DNA of 64,000 bases. Origin: Vulcanimicrobiota bacterium (lineage in GTDB: Bacteria > Vulcanimicrobiota > Vulcanimicrobiia > Eremiobacterales > Eremiobacteraceae). A program made the translations under genes and the position numbers. Below are positions 41,724-52,080 of the stretch, piece by piece. The stretch is from NCBI GenBank assembly GCA_963805945.1, contig CAWDVP010000002.1, positions 544,001-608,000 on the forward strand, given 5' to 3'. The notes under the pieces are model-generated. The model saw only the letters and a program-made list of their open reading frames with translations, was not told where the DNA came from and did not search any database. Numbering within the stretch: the first letter of the stretch is position 1; every line of letters begins with the position of its first letter.

Positions 41724-43259
41724 CTAACGCGACCACAGCGAGCGGTCGAGCGAGCGATAGCCGACCGCTTCCGCGAGATGCTCCGCCGCCACGCGCTGCG
41801 CACCCGCAAGGTCCGCGATCGTCCGCGCCACCCGCAGGATCCGGTCGTGCGCGCGCGCGGAGAGGTGCAGCTTCATCACCGCGGCGGCGAGCAACGCGCG
41901 TGCGCGGTCATCGAGCGCGCAGTGCTCCCGCAGCGCCTTGGCCGGCATCGCCGCATTGCACTCGACCGGCCCGAGCCGCTCGCGTTGCCGTCCCCGCGCC
42001 TGCTCCACCCGCGCCCGCACGGACGCCGATGGTTCGGCGGAGACTTGGCGCGACATGTCCTCATACGGCAGGCGCGGCACCTCGACGTGCATGTCGATGC
42101 GATCGAGCAGCGGCCCGGATAGGCGCGCGAGGTAGCGCGAGATCGCATGCGGCGAGCACGAGCAGCCGCGCAGCTTGTCGCCGCTGTAACCGCACGGACA
42201 TGGGTTGAGGCTCGCGAGCAGCATGAAGCGCGCTGGATAGGTGACCGTGGCGGCCGTGCGCGAGACGGTCACCGAGGCGCTCTCGAGCGGTTGGCGCAAT
42301 ACCTCGAGCGCCGAGCGCGGAAATTCCGGCAACTCGTCGAGGAAGAGCACGCCGCAATGCGCGAGCGACACCTCGCCGGGTCTAGGCACGGAGCCGCCGC
42401 CGACGAGCGCGGTCGCGCTCACCGTGTGGTGCGGCGCGCGGAAAGGCCGCGCGGTGACGAGCCGCGAGCGGTTGCGCAACAGGCCGCTCACGCTGTAGAG
42501 CTTGGTGACTTCGAGCGCTTCGTCGCCCGTCATCGAGGGCAAGATCGACGGCATGCGGCGCGCCAGCATCGTCTTACCGCTGCCGGGTGCGCCGACGAAC
42601 AGCAGGTTGTGACCGCCGGCCGCGGCGACTTCCATCGCCCGCTTGGCGCGATCCTGGCCGCGCACGTCCTCCAGGTCCTCGACATAGTGCGTCTCGTCGC
42701 GGACGGTCTCGCGCGCCGCACCGCCGGACGCGATGCCGCTGGGTGCTTTGCCCAAGACGACGTCGACGGCTTCTTGCAGCGTGCGCACCGGATGCAGCGT
42801 GAGGCCGTCAATCAGCGCGGCTTCGGCGAGATTGTCGACGGGCAAAATCAGCCGCCGATGGCCGGATTTCTTGACCCCGATGGCGATGGGCAGCACGCCG
42901 CCGACCGATTTGACCGCGCCGTCGAGCGCGAGCTCGCCGATCGCCACGACGTCGCGCAGCAAGCGCGCGTCGAGTTGCTGGTCCATCGCGAGGATCGAGA
43001 GCGCCAAGGCGACGTCGAACGCCGCGCCTTCTTTGCGCACGTTCGCCGGCGCGAGGTTGACGACGACCTTGTAGGTGGGGAAAAGGTAGCCGCACGAGCG
43101 CACCGCGGCATTGACGCGTTCCTTGGATTCCTGGATGGAGCGGTCGGGCAGGCCGATGATGTGGATGCTGACGTCGGTCGTCGCGATGCCGACGACCTCG
43201 ACGCGCACGACGTACGCGTCGATGCCGCGCACGGCGGCCGAATATCCGATGGCGAGCAC
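41724..43259 (-). CDS. comM: YifB/ComM Mg-chelatase-like AAA+ ATPase
   Basis: VNLAPA, GAPGSGKTMLA, PFRAPHHT, FLDELPEF, NPCPCG, DRID. Confidence 0.93.
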   Translation of the reverse strand: MLAIGYSAAVRGIDAYVVRVEVVGIATTDVSIHIIGLPDRSIQESKERVNAAVRSCGYLFPTYKVVVNLAPANVRKEGAAFDVALALSILAMDQQLDARLLRDVVAIGELALDGAVKSVGGVLPIAIGVKKSGHRRLILPVDNLAEAALIDGLTLHPVRTLQEAVDVVLGKAPSGIASGGAARETVRDETHYVEDLEDVRGQDRAKRAMEVAAAGGHNLLFVGAPGSGKTMLARRMPSILPSMTGDEALEVTKLYSVSGLLRNRSRLVTARPFRAPHHTVSATALVGGGSVPRPGEVSLAHCGVLFLDELPEFPRSALEVLRQPLESASVTVSRTAATVTYPARFMLLASLNPCPCGYSGDKLRGCSCSPHAISRYLARLSGPLLDRIDMHVEVPRLPYEDMSRQVSAEPSASVRARVEQARGRQRERLGPVECNAAMPAKALREHCALDDRARALLAAAVMKLHLSARAHDRILRVARTIADLAGAQRVAAEHLAEAVGYRSLDRSLWSR

Positions 43260-43295
43260 GTCAGCTCTATCACCAGCTACGTGCGGCGCGTCAAG

Positions 43296-43403
43296 TCAGT
43301 GGTGCGGACCGACCACGCCTTTGGCGATGAGGAACATCTTCGTGTTGATGACGAGGAACCGCCACGCTTGGAAGGGCCAGAACTGCCGCCAGAATCGTCC
43401 CAC
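43296..43403 (-). CDS. Small hydrophobic protein (35 aa, MGRFWRQFWPFQAWRFLVINTKMFLIAKGVVGPHH) downstream of the SQR-like gene
   Basis: Read manually; GTG start 10 nt after the oxidoreductase stop; high GC3; fills the intergenic gap. Confidence 0.65.
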   Translation of the reverse strand: MGRFWRQFWPFQAWRFLVINTKMFLIAKGVVGPHH

Positions 43404-43413
43404 GGCCGCGCGC

Positions 43414-44841
43414 CTATTCCGGGATCAGCTGCCAGCCCGGTTTGGCCTGCAGCTTCCACAAGAACGCCGAGTGCAGGGCGCGCTTGGTCCACGCGCCCGC
43501 GAGACCGATATCGAGATCGCACAACGCAAGATCGCGTCCACGCTCGGGATAGCGTTGGAAGTCCCGCACCACCGGCGTCATGATGATCGACGCCGCTGAG
43601 CCGTTCCATATCGACTTGCCCATCGACGCGATGCAGGCGGCGGGGATCTCCGACATGCGGGCATGGTGGGTCGGCGCCTTGCCGGCGACCCGTTCCGCGA
43701 TGTTCTGCGCGACCGTGCGCCCCATGATGCCCGACACCATGCCGGTTCTCGGCGGGGTCGCCGTGATGGCCAGACCGCTAGCCGCTTTCTTGCCCTTCGA
43801 GATCGGATGCGGCGGCGCGAAGGCGATGCCGGCCGCGTAGACGTTGTCGTAGTGCGGCGACACGTAGGTCGCCGGCCAATCCGCGGCGCGGTAGTCGGCG
43901 TATTGCCGCGGCGTGTAATCGGCGTCCACGCGCATGAACCCGTTCGGCAGCGTCATCTTCTCGCCGAGATCGCCGCCGTCGCTTGCGACGTACTTGACCG
44001 GGATGCCGCGGAACTGCGGGATCAGCATCGCCAGATCGTACTCGATCGTGCCCGGATCCTCGCCGATCTGCTCGTAATGCAGCACGCCGGGCTCGACCTT
44101 GGTGACGGCTGCCGCGACCTTCGCGATGATGCGCGCCTCGTCGAGCAGCATGCGCACCATGCCGGCGCCGGTCACGAGGATTCCGCGCTTGATCGCCTCG
44201 ATGCCATCGACGCCGAAATCGCCGGGTTCCGGTTCGTTGGTGATCCACACGAGATCGGCGTTGTCGCGCAGCCCGCGCGCGCGCAGATCCGCGTCGACGT
44301 TCATCAGATATTCGAAAGCGGCGCCTTCGCACGTGGCCGACGGGTGGCCGACGCCGACGACGATCCGCCGCTTCTTGCCCGCCTTGAGATCCCGGACAAT
44401 CGCGAGATACTTATCGCGGGCGTCGATCGCATGCTCGACCGAGCACACGCTGGTCGTGTTGCCGGTCGCGGGGCCAAGCCCGGGTGTACCTTCGAAGTTC
44501 AGGTACGGTCCGGTCGCGTTGAGCAGGTATTCGTACGAGAGCGTCCGCTCCTCGCCGGATGCGCTCGTCACGATGACCTGCCGGTCATCGGGCTTGATAG
44601 TCGTGGCTCGTCCATCGACGTAAGTGATGCCGAGCTTCTCGTAGACCGGAGCGAGCTCGAAATGCACCTCGTCCGGCGCCATGGTGCCGGTTCCCACCCA
44701 GATCAGGCTCGGAAACCAGGTGAAGCGATTGCGCGGCGAGACGACGGTGACGTCGGCGGTGTCGTGGACGAGCGTCGAGAGGTGCAGCGCGGCGGTGTGT
44801 CCGGCAAAACCGGCGCCGAGGATCACGATGCGCGGTTTCAT
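43414..44841 (-). CDS. Sulfide:quinone oxidoreductase-like FAD-dependent oxidoreductase
   Basis: ILGAGFAG, FPSLIWV, SVC, TCEGAAFE, YAAGIA, PPRTG, ACIA. Confidence 0.8.
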   Translation of the reverse strand: MKPRIVILGAGFAGHTAALHLSTLVHDTADVTVVSPRNRFTWFPSLIWVGTGTMAPDEVHFELAPVYEKLGITYVDGRATTIKPDDRQVIVTSASGEERTLSYEYLLNATGPYLNFEGTPGLGPATGNTTSVCSVEHAIDARDKYLAIVRDLKAGKKRRIVVGVGHPSATCEGAAFEYLMNVDADLRARGLRDNADLVWITNEPEPGDFGVDGIEAIKRGILVTGAGMVRMLLDEARIIAKVAAAVTKVEPGVLHYEQIGEDPGTIEYDLAMLIPQFRGIPVKYVASDGGDLGEKMTLPNGFMRVDADYTPRQYADYRAADWPATYVSPHYDNVYAAGIAFAPPHPISKGKKAASGLAITATPPRTGMVSGIMGRTVAQNIAERVAGKAPTHHARMSEIPAACIASMGKSIWNGSAASIIMTPVVRDFQRYPERGRDLALCDLDIGLAGAWTKRALHSAFLWKLQAKPGWQLIPE

Positions 44842-44914
44842 GTGATAACCGTACATCGTTTGAGCCGCAATCGTGAGAAGAAGCCGTGAAGGACGTACCC
44901 CCGTGGTACGTGCA

Positions 44915-45532
44915 TCACGGGACGATAGGCGAACCCTCGATCGGCCACGGATTATGGATCTTCATGCGCCGCATGTCCGGCGGGTAGGTCGTGGTATGTA
45001 CTTGCAGCCAATCCTCGGAGAGCACGGCGAGGTACTCGAAATTCTCCCACAGCGCATCGTCACTGTCAGCCTCACGGAAGAACGCCGTCAGCGGCTCGAG
45101 ACGGCGCCATAGACCGAGCAGCGGGCTGCAGAAACCCTCCACGAAGATCGTCTTGTCGATGATGCCGTTGCGGACGAGAACGCCTAGCTCTTCGTACGTG
45201 TTCGCGGAGGCGACGACCGCAGCACGCAGCTCGGCGTGTTTCGGATCGGCCGAGGGCGTCGCCCCGCGCGCCAGCGCCAACCAATAGCCGCGAAAGGCGG
45301 GATCCTCGGCGGCCGATGCGAGCTGCGCGCCGATAAGGTCCGTGGCGGCGCGGAAAGCGGGGCCGTTGATGACCTGCGTGATGTTGAGGATGGCGTTGAT
45401 CTGATTTCCCGCGTGCAGGTGACGCAGCTGGACCAGCGCCACCACGGCGGTCGCACCGATGATCGCGACCGTCGCGAATGTACCGAGGATGCTGAGCTGC
45501 TCGAGCGACATGGCGGCCTCCGACGTCGACAT
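44915..45532 (-). CDS. DUF4760-like membrane-anchored hypothetical protein
   Basis: N-terminal TM ...ALVQLRHLHAGNQI; NTYEELGVLVRNGIID; WENFEYLA. Confidence 0.7.
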   Translation of the reverse strand: MSTSEAAMSLEQLSILGTFATVAIIGATAVVALVQLRHLHAGNQINAILNITQVINGPAFRAATDLIGAQLASAAEDPAFRGYWLALARGATPSADPKHAELRAAVVASANTYEELGVLVRNGIIDKTIFVEGFCSPLLGLWRRLEPLTAFFREADSDDALWENFEYLAVLSEDWLQVHTTTYPPDMRRMKIHNPWPIEGSPIVP

Positions 45533-45651
45533 GGCCGCCTGAGAAAGACGGCCGGTTGGTCTTACGAGCCCGTTTTGTCGCCGCAGCTCGGCCTCCCTCG
45601 CCGGAGGAGTAGTTCACGTCCTGCCCCAGAAGGTGCGCGCGGGAGGGTGAG

Positions 45652-46209
45652 ATGCCGCTCGAGGTTTGGAGCACCGTCGCAAGCATCGGCACGTTCGTCG
45701 TCATCGCGGCGACCGCGATCGCCGCGCTCGTCCAGCTGCGCCACATGCGCAGCGGCAACCAGATCGCGGTCTACGCGCATCTCGAAGAGCAGTACGACAG
45801 CGATGTGGTCCGAGCGTCGTTCCGATTTATCACTCAAGAACTTCCAGAACGCATAAAGGACCCGGCGTTTCGCCGCGCTCTGTCGGGCGCCAGCATCGGG
45901 GAGGAGGCCCGCGCGATTCTGCCATTGATCAACGTGTACGAGAACATGGGCACGATGGTGAAGCACGGCTACGTCGACAAGGACTTCGTCCTCGACACGT
46001 ATGGCGGCCAGATCATCGGCGCCTGGGAGGGGCTTGACGCCGTGATCCCCATCCTCCGACGTGCGCAGGGATCCGCGGTCGCCATCAACTTCGAGTTTCT
46101 CGCGTCGGTCGCCAAGCAGATGATGGATGCGCACAGATACGACGTCTACCCGCGCGGCGTGCCGCGCATGCCGCTCGACATGACCTGGGTCGACGCGGAC
46201 CGCGCGTAA
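45652..46209 (+). CDS. DUF4760-like membrane-anchored hypothetical protein (paralog)
   Basis: ...ALVQLRHMRSGNQI; NVYENMGTMVKHGYVD; INFEFLA; SD GGGAGG. Confidence 0.75.
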   Translation: MPLEVWSTVASIGTFVVIAATAIAALVQLRHMRSGNQIAVYAHLEEQYDSDVVRASFRFITQELPERIKDPAFRRALSGASIGEEARAILPLINVYENMGTMVKHGYVDKDFVLDTYGGQIIGAWEGLDAVIPILRRAQGSAVAINFEFLASVAKQMMDAHRYDVYPRGVPRMPLDMTWVDADRA

Positions 46210-46216
46210 CGGCCCT

Positions 46217-47908
46217 GTGTCCGTTCAAGTCCCCGAAGCGCAGCCGGCCCGCCGGCAAGAGGCATGGCTGCTCGGCGCGCTCGTGGCGGTCGGCGTCGCG
46301 TTGCGCATCCCGGAGCTGTTCACCGGCATCTACAACGATGAAGGCGCCACGTATTTCGACATCGTGCCGAAGACGCTCGGCGCATCGCTGCAGCAGATCG
46401 CCTTCACGGAGTTGAACCCGCCCGGCTACTTCCTGTTCATGCGCGTCTGGGCGCACGCGTTCGGCACGAGCGAGTTCGCCTTGAAGTTCCCGTCGTTCGT
46501 GTTCGGCGTGGCGCTTATCGTCGTCACGTACGTCGTCGCGCGCACGATCGCGGGCCGCACCGCCGCGCTCGTCGCCGCGTCGTTCGCCGCGATCTCGACC
46601 ACCGGCATCATGCTGTCCGGCAGCGCGCGGCCGTACACCCTCGCGGCGCTGCTCGCCGGCTGCACGGCGATCGCGTTCCTTCAGATCTTCTACGGCCGTC
46701 GTGCATACGCGGCGGCGGCCGCCTTCGCGCTGTGCGGCGCCGCGCTCGCGTGGGTGCACTACACCGGACTCATCTTCATCGCCGGTCTGGCGGCAAGCGC
46801 GCCGTATCTGATCTGGCGAGATCAGCTCGTGCGACGGATTCCGCCGCTCATCGTGGGCGTGCTGGCCATCGCGCTCGCCTTTGCGCCCTGCCTGCCTTTG
46901 CTCGCACCTCGACTCTCGGGGCCGGCGTGGGCGCCGTCGATCTGGTTCGGCGATTATTTCGGCCGCGCCATCGAGCAGCTCGGATTCCTCGTGCCGCTCG
47001 ACGTCATGCACGTGCAGATCGCGTTTCTCGCGGCGCTGGGCTGTGCGATCTCGCTCGTGGTCATCGCGCTGCGCGTCGCGCGCGGTGACCGCGCGTCCCT
47101 GCCGAGCGGACCGCTCGCCGCCGCCGCTATCTGCGTCGCGGTCGGCGTGCTCGTCGAGACGCCGCTGTTCTTGCACACGCTGTGGTACGTCTTCGTGTTC
47201 TCACCGCTCGCGCTCGCGTTGCTCGCTGCCGGTTGCGTGTGGGTCGCGCGCACGGCGACATCGGCCGCGACGCCGATGGCATACCGCGTGGCGTTGCTGC
47301 TCGTCGCGCTCTACATCGTGATTCCGGCGGTGCCAGCGCAGGCCGCGCGCTATGCGTGGTTCTACACGCACCTCGAGCGGTCGGGGATGCGCGCGCTCGT
47401 CAAGGACGCCGTCCGGGTGGCCGGCGGCACACGGACGCTGTACGTCGCAGCGCCTGATTTCTTCGCCGCGCCATTCGCGTATTACACGCGCACGCAGCCC
47501 GACATCGCGCTCGTCGGCTTCGCGCATTGGGACTCGCCGCAGCTGTACTGCACGCTGCACTACGAACGCGCGTGGCGCGCGCCGGATGCGGTCGCCGCGA
47601 CCGAACGCAGGATCGCGCAGCTCGTCCCCAGCCGCTTCGACCGCATCGCGCTGATCATGGACGCCAAGGCGGCCGATCTCGGCAGCGTGCCGTACAGCCG
47701 CGTGTGGGACTTGCGCAAGGGGCTCGAGCGCCGCTATCGCACTATCTACACGGGCGCGTACGATGGGTACAACGAGCCCGTGCTGCTCGTCATGCTTGCT
47801 CCGGAGAGCTCGGCGCAGCGGGGCGTCTCGCCGGTGCGCTCGCCCGATGACAGGCACGGGCAAGCGGCGTTGAACGAACCGGAGGCAAGCGAGTGCCCGG
47901 CGCCGTGA
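46217..47908 (+). CDS. GT39/ArnT-PMT-like membrane glycosyltransferase
   Basis: YNDE, NPPGYF, ARPY, HYTG; many TM segments. Confidence 0.8.
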   Translation: MSVQVPEAQPARRQEAWLLGALVAVGVALRIPELFTGIYNDEGATYFDIVPKTLGASLQQIAFTELNPPGYFLFMRVWAHAFGTSEFALKFPSFVFGVALIVVTYVVARTIAGRTAALVAASFAAISTTGIMLSGSARPYTLAALLAGCTAIAFLQIFYGRRAYAAAAAFALCGAALAWVHYTGLIFIAGLAASAPYLIWRDQLVRRIPPLIVGVLAIALAFAPCLPLLAPRLSGPAWAPSIWFGDYFGRAIEQLGFLVPLDVMHVQIAFLAALGCAISLVVIALRVARGDRASLPSGPLAAAAICVAVGVLVETPLFLHTLWYVFVFSPLALALLAAGCVWVARTATSAATPMAYRVALLLVALYIVIPAVPAQAARYAWFYTHLERSGMRALVKDAVRVAGGTRTLYVAAPDFFAAPFAYYTRTQPDIALVGFAHWDSPQLYCTLHYERAWRAPDAVAATERRIAQLVPSRFDRIALIMDAKAADLGSVPYSRVWDLRKGLERRYRTIYTGAYDGYNEPVLLVMLAPESSAQRGVSPVRSPDDRHGQAALNEPEASECPAP

Positions 47909-48142
47909 GCCGAGATTTTCGGTTTTTTCGCGCGGTCGGGGCCGGGAATAATGCCGTCGAGCCCCGTAATGACGGGCTCAGAAGCGTCCTTAAAGGCTTT
48001 AGGCGGGCTTAACTATTGTGATGTTTTCTATGCACATATCCACACAAACCGAACGAAACCGTGTGGATAGGAGCGGCGAGGGCCGCTCGAACACCCATAC
48101 GCCTTGTATCGTTCGGTAGGACGAACGCATTGGGAGGACAGT

Positions 48143-49087
48143 TTGAAATATCAGGCAGTCGCCGCAACAGCATTCGCGCTCGCGATCGCGCTGAGCGCGT
48201 GCGCGAAGAGCTCCGCACCGAGCGGCACCGGCACGAGCGCCGGCGGCGGCAAGAACATCGCCGTGTCGCTGTTGGATCTCGAGGCCCAGTTCTATCAGAC
48301 GATGGAGCAAGGCATGAAAGACGAGGCTGCCAAGGACGGCTACACCATCACCTTCACCGACGCCAACCACAACCAGGCCAAGCAGACCTCGCAGGTCGAG
48401 GATTTCATCAGCAAGCACGTCGACGTCATCATCTTGTCGCCGGCTGATTCCAAAGCGGTCGGTCCGGCCATCGTCGAGGCGAACAACGCGAAGATCCCGG
48501 TGTTCACCGCGGACATCGCGAGCACGGCCTCCAACGGCGTCGTCGTCTCGCACATCGCGTCGGACAACATCCAAGGCGGCCGCGTCGCCGCGGATCTGCT
48601 CGGCGCAGCGCTCAACGGCAAAGGCGACGTCGCGATCATCGACGAGCCGGAGGTGACGTCGGTGCAAGACCGCGTCAAAGGCTTCCGCGCAGAGCTGACG
48701 GCGAAGTACCCGGGCGTCCGCATCGTCGCGGATCAGACGGCGGGCGGCGAGCGCGCGCGCGCGGCGACCGTCACGGATAATCTGCTGCAAAGCTTCCCGA
48801 ACCTCACCGGCATCTTCGGCATCAACGACGACTCGGCGCTCGGCGCGCTCGCCGCGGTGCAGTCCGCCGGCAAGGTCGGGGTCATCAAGATCGTCGGCTA
48901 CGACGCAAACCCGGAAGCGAAGCGGGCGATCGACAAGGGTGAGATGGTCGGCGACCCGGAGCAGCACCCTGACCAGATCGGCGCGCTGACGATCGACGCG
49001 ATCCACGACTACTTCGCTGGCAAGACGCCGCCGGCGCGCATACCGGTCGCGGTCGGCTCGTACACGGGGAAAGCGCCGGCCAAGTAG
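48143..49087 (+). CDS. Sugar (ribose-type) ABC substrate-binding lipoprotein (TTG start)
   Basis: Lipobox LSAC, IASDNIQGG, NDDSALGA, VGYD; SD GGGAGG. Confidence 0.9.
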   Translation: MKYQAVAATAFALAIALSACAKSSAPSGTGTSAGGGKNIAVSLLDLEAQFYQTMEQGMKDEAAKDGYTITFTDANHNQAKQTSQVEDFISKHVDVIILSPADSKAVGPAIVEANNAKIPVFTADIASTASNGVVVSHIASDNIQGGRVAADLLGAALNGKGDVAIIDEPEVTSVQDRVKGFRAELTAKYPGVRIVADQTAGGERARAATVTDNLLQSFPNLTGIFGINDDSALGALAAVQSAGKVGVIKIVGYDANPEAKRAIDKGEMVGDPEQHPDQIGALTIDAIHDYFAGKTPPARIPVAVGSYTGKAPAK

Positions 49088-49092
49088 GCGTC

Positions 49093-50613
49093 ATGCAGAC
49101 ACCGGACGCCGTCACCGCGGCGCCGCCCTACCTCGTCTTACGAGGCATCTCCAAATCGTATCCCGGCGTGCTCGCGCTCGACGGCGTCGACTTCGACGTG
49201 CGGCCGGGCGAAGTGCACGCGCTCGTCGGCGAGAACGGCGCGGGCAAGTCCACCCTCGTCAACGTCCTCTCCGGCGCGGTGCGCGCCGACGCGGGCACGA
49301 TCGAGGTCGGCGGCCATCAGGTCACCATCGATTCGCCGAAGCGCTCCGAAGCGCTCGGCATCGCGGTCATCCATCAAGAGTTCAATCTCGTGCCGGAGAT
49401 GACCGCGGCGGAGAACGCGCTGCTCGGCCATGAGCCGACGCGCGGCATGACGATCGACCGGCGCGAGCTGCACGCGCGCGCGGACGCGCTCTTCGCGCGG
49501 CTCGGCGTGAGCCTGCCGGCCGGCGCGCCGGTGAAGACGCTCTCGGTCGCGCAGCAGCAGATGATCGAGATCGCCAAAGCGCTGTCGGTCAACGCACGCG
49601 TGATCTTCATGGACGAGCCGTCTGCGGCGCTCACCGGTCGCGAGGTCGACCGACTCTTCGAGATCATCCACACGCTCGCCGCGCAAGGCGTCGGGATCGT
49701 CTACATCTCGCACCGGCTCGAAGAGGTGTTCGCGATCGCCGACCGGATCTCGGTGATGCGCGACGGCAGGCTGATCCGCACCGCCGATAAACGAGAGCTG
49801 ACGCAAGACGACGTCATCCGGCTCATGGTAGGCCGCGCGCTGGACGCGCACTTCCCGACGCTGCCGCCCGATCCGCCGCGCGACAAACCGCTGCTCGCGG
49901 TGCGCGGTCTCACCACGCCCGGGCGCATCGAGGACGTCAGCTTCGATCTGTTCCCCGGTGAGATCTTCGGCATCGCGGGGCTCGTGGGATCGGGCAGCAC
50001 GTCGCTGCTGCGCGCGCTGTGCGGCGCGGATCGCTTCGCCTCCGGCAGCGTCGCGCTGTCGGGCACGCCACTGCATCTGCACGATCCGGCCGACGGCATC
50101 GCCGCGGGACTTGCGCTCGTCACCGAAGACCGCAAGACGCAAGGGCTCGTGCTGGGCATGTCGATCCGCGAAAACGTGACACTGCCGCATCTCGCCGACT
50201 TCGCCGAGCACGGCGTCATCGAGCGAGGAAAAGAAGCGACCGCCGTCGCAACCCTGGCGGCCGAATTGCGCATACGCTCGCGCTCTATCGAGCAGGCGGT
50301 GCGTTCGCTCTCCGGCGGCAACCAGCAGAAGGTGGTGCTCGCGAAGTGGCTGCTCGAGCGCGCGCAGGTGTTGTGTTTCGATGAACCGACGCGCGGCATC
50401 GACGTCGGGGCGAAGGCCGAGATCTACGAGTTGATGGTGTCGCTCGCGAAGTCGGGGACGGGCATCATCATGGTGTCCTCCGAATTGCCCGAAGTGCTCG
50501 GCATGTCGATGCGCGTCGGCGTCATGCGCGGCGGCCGCCTCGTCAAGGAGTTCGCGCGCGGCGAAGCCACCCAAGAGGCGGTGCTGCGCCTCGCGGCAGG
50601 CGCGGCGGCATAG
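49093..50613 (+). CDS. Sugar ABC ATPase (RbsA-like, double NBD)
   Basis: GENGAGKST, EDRK, LSGGNQQK, DEPTRGIDVGAK. Confidence 0.93.
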   Translation: MQTPDAVTAAPPYLVLRGISKSYPGVLALDGVDFDVRPGEVHALVGENGAGKSTLVNVLSGAVRADAGTIEVGGHQVTIDSPKRSEALGIAVIHQEFNLVPEMTAAENALLGHEPTRGMTIDRRELHARADALFARLGVSLPAGAPVKTLSVAQQQMIEIAKALSVNARVIFMDEPSAALTGREVDRLFEIIHTLAAQGVGIVYISHRLEEVFAIADRISVMRDGRLIRTADKRELTQDDVIRLMVGRALDAHFPTLPPDPPRDKPLLAVRGLTTPGRIEDVSFDLFPGEIFGIAGLVGSGSTSLLRALCGADRFASGSVALSGTPLHLHDPADGIAAGLALVTEDRKTQGLVLGMSIRENVTLPHLADFAEHGVIERGKEATAVATLAAELRIRSRSIEQAVRSLSGGNQQKVVLAKWLLERAQVLCFDEPTRGIDVGAKAEIYELMVSLAKSGTGIIMVSSELPEVLGMSMRVGVMRGGRLVKEFARGEATQEAVLRLAAGAAA

Positions 50614-50616
50614 CAG

Positions 50617-51672
50617 ATGGCCGGATTGGGCACACCCCCGGTGCAAGCGGTGGACGCATCCGAAGCCGCTGCGGCCAAGGCGAACGCCGCCAAGCGCCGT
50701 GCCGCGGCGCTGCGCGGCGCGGGCCTCGTGACCGGTCTGGTGATCCTGCTCGGCGTGCTCAACGCGCTCACCCACGGCGATTTCCTCGCGCCCGGCAACG
50801 TCGTCAACGTGCTGCGGCAGATCTCGGTGAACGCGATCCTCGCGGCCGGCCAGACCTTCGTCATCATCACCGCCGGCATCGATCTCTCGGTGGGCTCGCT
50901 CATCGCGCTCACCGGCGTGCTCATGGCGGGCACGCTCTCGCACGAACAATCGGGCGTCTTCGGCGTCGCGCTCGCGATCCTCATCGGCGTCGGCGTCGGC
51001 GGCTTCGCAGGCGGCATCAACGGCTTTCCGGTCGTGCGTCTTGGCCTGCCGCCGTTCATCACCACGCTGGCGATGATGCTCATGGCGCGCGGTCTCGCCT
51101 TCCTCTATACCGGCGGCAGCCCGATAGAGATCGACAATCAGACTTTCAACTTCATCGGCAGCGGTCTCATCCCCATCGGCCGCGTGCTCGGTATCCCCGG
51201 CATTCCGGTGCCGGTGCTCGTCATGGTCGCGGTGGTGGCGGCGGGCCATTTCGTGTTGACGCGGACGCGCTACGGTCGCTACGTGTACGCCATCGGCGGC
51301 AACGAGGAGGCGGCGCGGCTGTCGGGCGTCAACGTCTTCGGCGTCAAGCTCGGGGTGTACGTGATCTCCGGCGCGCTGGCGGGCGTCGCCAGTCTGCTGC
51401 TGGCGGGCCGGCTGAACTCGGGCATTCCGCAATCGGGCGAGGGCTACGAGCTGCAGTCGATCGCGGCGGTCGTGGTCGGCGGCACCTCGCTCATGGGCGG
51501 GCGTGGCTCGATGACAGGGACGTTCGTCGGCGCGCTGCTCATCGGAATGCTGTATAATCTGATGAACCTGCTCAACGTGCAGTCGTACGCGCAGGAAGTC
51601 GTGCTCGGCGCGGTGATCTTGGCGGCCGTGCTGCTCGACGAACTGCGCAAACGCTACTTCGTGTCAGGATAA
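50617..51672 (+). CDS. Sugar ABC permease (RbsC-like)
   Basis: GIDLSVGS, AIGGNEEAARLSG, IAAVVVGGTSLMGG. Confidence 0.92.
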   Translation: MAGLGTPPVQAVDASEAAAAKANAAKRRAAALRGAGLVTGLVILLGVLNALTHGDFLAPGNVVNVLRQISVNAILAAGQTFVIITAGIDLSVGSLIALTGVLMAGTLSHEQSGVFGVALAILIGVGVGGFAGGINGFPVVRLGLPPFITTLAMMLMARGLAFLYTGGSPIEIDNQTFNFIGSGLIPIGRVLGIPGIPVPVLVMVAVVAAGHFVLTRTRYGRYVYAIGGNEEAARLSGVNVFGVKLGVYVISGALAGVASLLLAGRLNSGIPQSGEGYELQSIAAVVVGGTSLMGGRGSMTGTFVGALLIGMLYNLMNLLNVQSYAQEVVLGAVILAAVLLDELRKRYFVSG

Positions 51673-51679
51673 GGAGCAC

Positions 51680-52018
51680 ATGGCGGAACAGATTTGGGAG
51701 CGTCTCGACCCGCTCGTCGCGCGCTGGAAGAAGTTCACCGGGCCCGATGCCGCCGAACGGCTCGCCGCGGTGGAACATTCGCTCACCCCGGAACTGCAGC
51801 GCCTGCTCAAGGAGTTCGGCGAGTCGCGCGCCGACGTCGACGCGTACATCGCCGCGCTCGAGACGAAGTACGGCGTGTTCGAGACCGGCGATCTCGGCGC
51901 CGACGCGGCGCCGGAGCCTAAAGACATCAGCCGCCATCAATCGCTGCTCGCGCTGCGCCAAGCGCACGACGACGCGACCGCAGAACTAGAAGATCGAACC
52001 GCGACCGGCGAAGCCTAG
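51680..52018 (+). CDS. Hypothetical helical protein
   Basis: SD AAGGAG; high GC3; follows the permease. Confidence 0.65.
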   Translation: MAEQIWERLDPLVARWKKFTGPDAAERLAAVEHSLTPELQRLLKEFGESRADVDAYIAALETKYGVFETGDLGADAAPEPKDISRHQSLLALRQAHDDATAELEDRTATGEA

Positions 52019-52080
52019 AGGCGGGGACGGGATTTGCAACTACCCCAAGACGTAGTAGACTAGTCCGAGGTGAAGCTTAG

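Noticed and set aside
48010..48040. CRP-like site upstream of the sugar ABC operon (TGTGA...GCACA)
   Set aside because: The half-site spacing is 10 nt, not the canonical 6, so support is insufficient.
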